A stretch of DNA of 64,000 nucleotides. Source: Camelus ferus. Its lineage: Eukaryota. The stretch spans positions 47,432,001 to 47,496,000 of the forward strand of contig NC_045707.1 in assembly GCF_009834535.1 (NCBI RefSeq), in the 5' to 3' direction. Positions within the stretch are counted from its first letter, which is position 1. Each line of letters opens with the position of its first letter. This document shows, one piece after another, positions 63,753-64,000 of the stretch. The translations under genes and the position numbers were made by a program. The notes below the pieces were generated by a model. The model ran no database searches. It had not been told where the DNA came from and saw nothing but the letters and a program-made list of their open reading frames with translations.

Positions 63753-64000
63753 GTTTTTTTTAAATTGAAGTATAGTTGATTTATAATATTGTGTTAAGTT
63801 TCTGTGGTACAGCATAGAGATTCAGCTATACATATACATATATATTCTTTTTTTCGTAATAGTTATTACAAGTTATTGAATATAGTTCACAGTGCTATAC
63901 AGTAGGACTTTGTTGTCTATTTTGTATACAGTAGTTTGTGTCTGCTAATCCTAAACTACTAATTTAAACCCCACTCTGCCCTTCCCTTTGATAACCATAA
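63753..64000 (-). mobile_element. L1 3' end (runs off the window)
   Basis: PolyT followed by AATTGAAGTATAGTTGATTTATAATATTGTGTTAAG...GTGCTATACAGTAGGAC. Confidence 0.9.

Noticed and set aside
1..64000. CRISPR arrays, operons or prokaryotic defence systems
   Set aside because: The sequence is mammalian, with no regularly spaced repeats and no dense coding regions.

Overview
Repeat-rich mammalian intergenic or intronic DNA, not prokaryotic. It is most likely a camelid: there are six copies of a tRNA-derived SINE resembling camelid Vic-1 plus laurasiatherian-type L1 3' ends, and I recognised no Alu, B1, Bov-A or PRE1. The only recognisable cellular gene sequence is an intronless S100A10 (p11) retrocopy at 62249-62872. 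It has an intact 97-aa ORF, 5' and 3' UTRs, a polyA signal and a perfect 20-bp target-site duplication (TSD), and it sits inside an old L1. The rest is layered transposable-element debris: L1, L2, MIR, MaLR/ERV solo LTRs and hAT/Tigger DNA-transposon fossils, often nested. Notable structures are a 5'-inverted L1, an L1 that appears to lack most of ORF2 inside one TSD, a head-to-head SINE pair next to a MER53 hairpin, and a CpG-rich solo LTR with an intact core promoter. An unannotated minus-strand TATA/Inr promoter with three tiny candidate exons lies at about 11.26-11.78 kb. Repeat family names come from my recall of consensus sequences, not from a database search, and boundaries of old repeats are approximate. 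I found no convincing new multi-gene system. Nearly all ORFs in the supplied track appear spurious.
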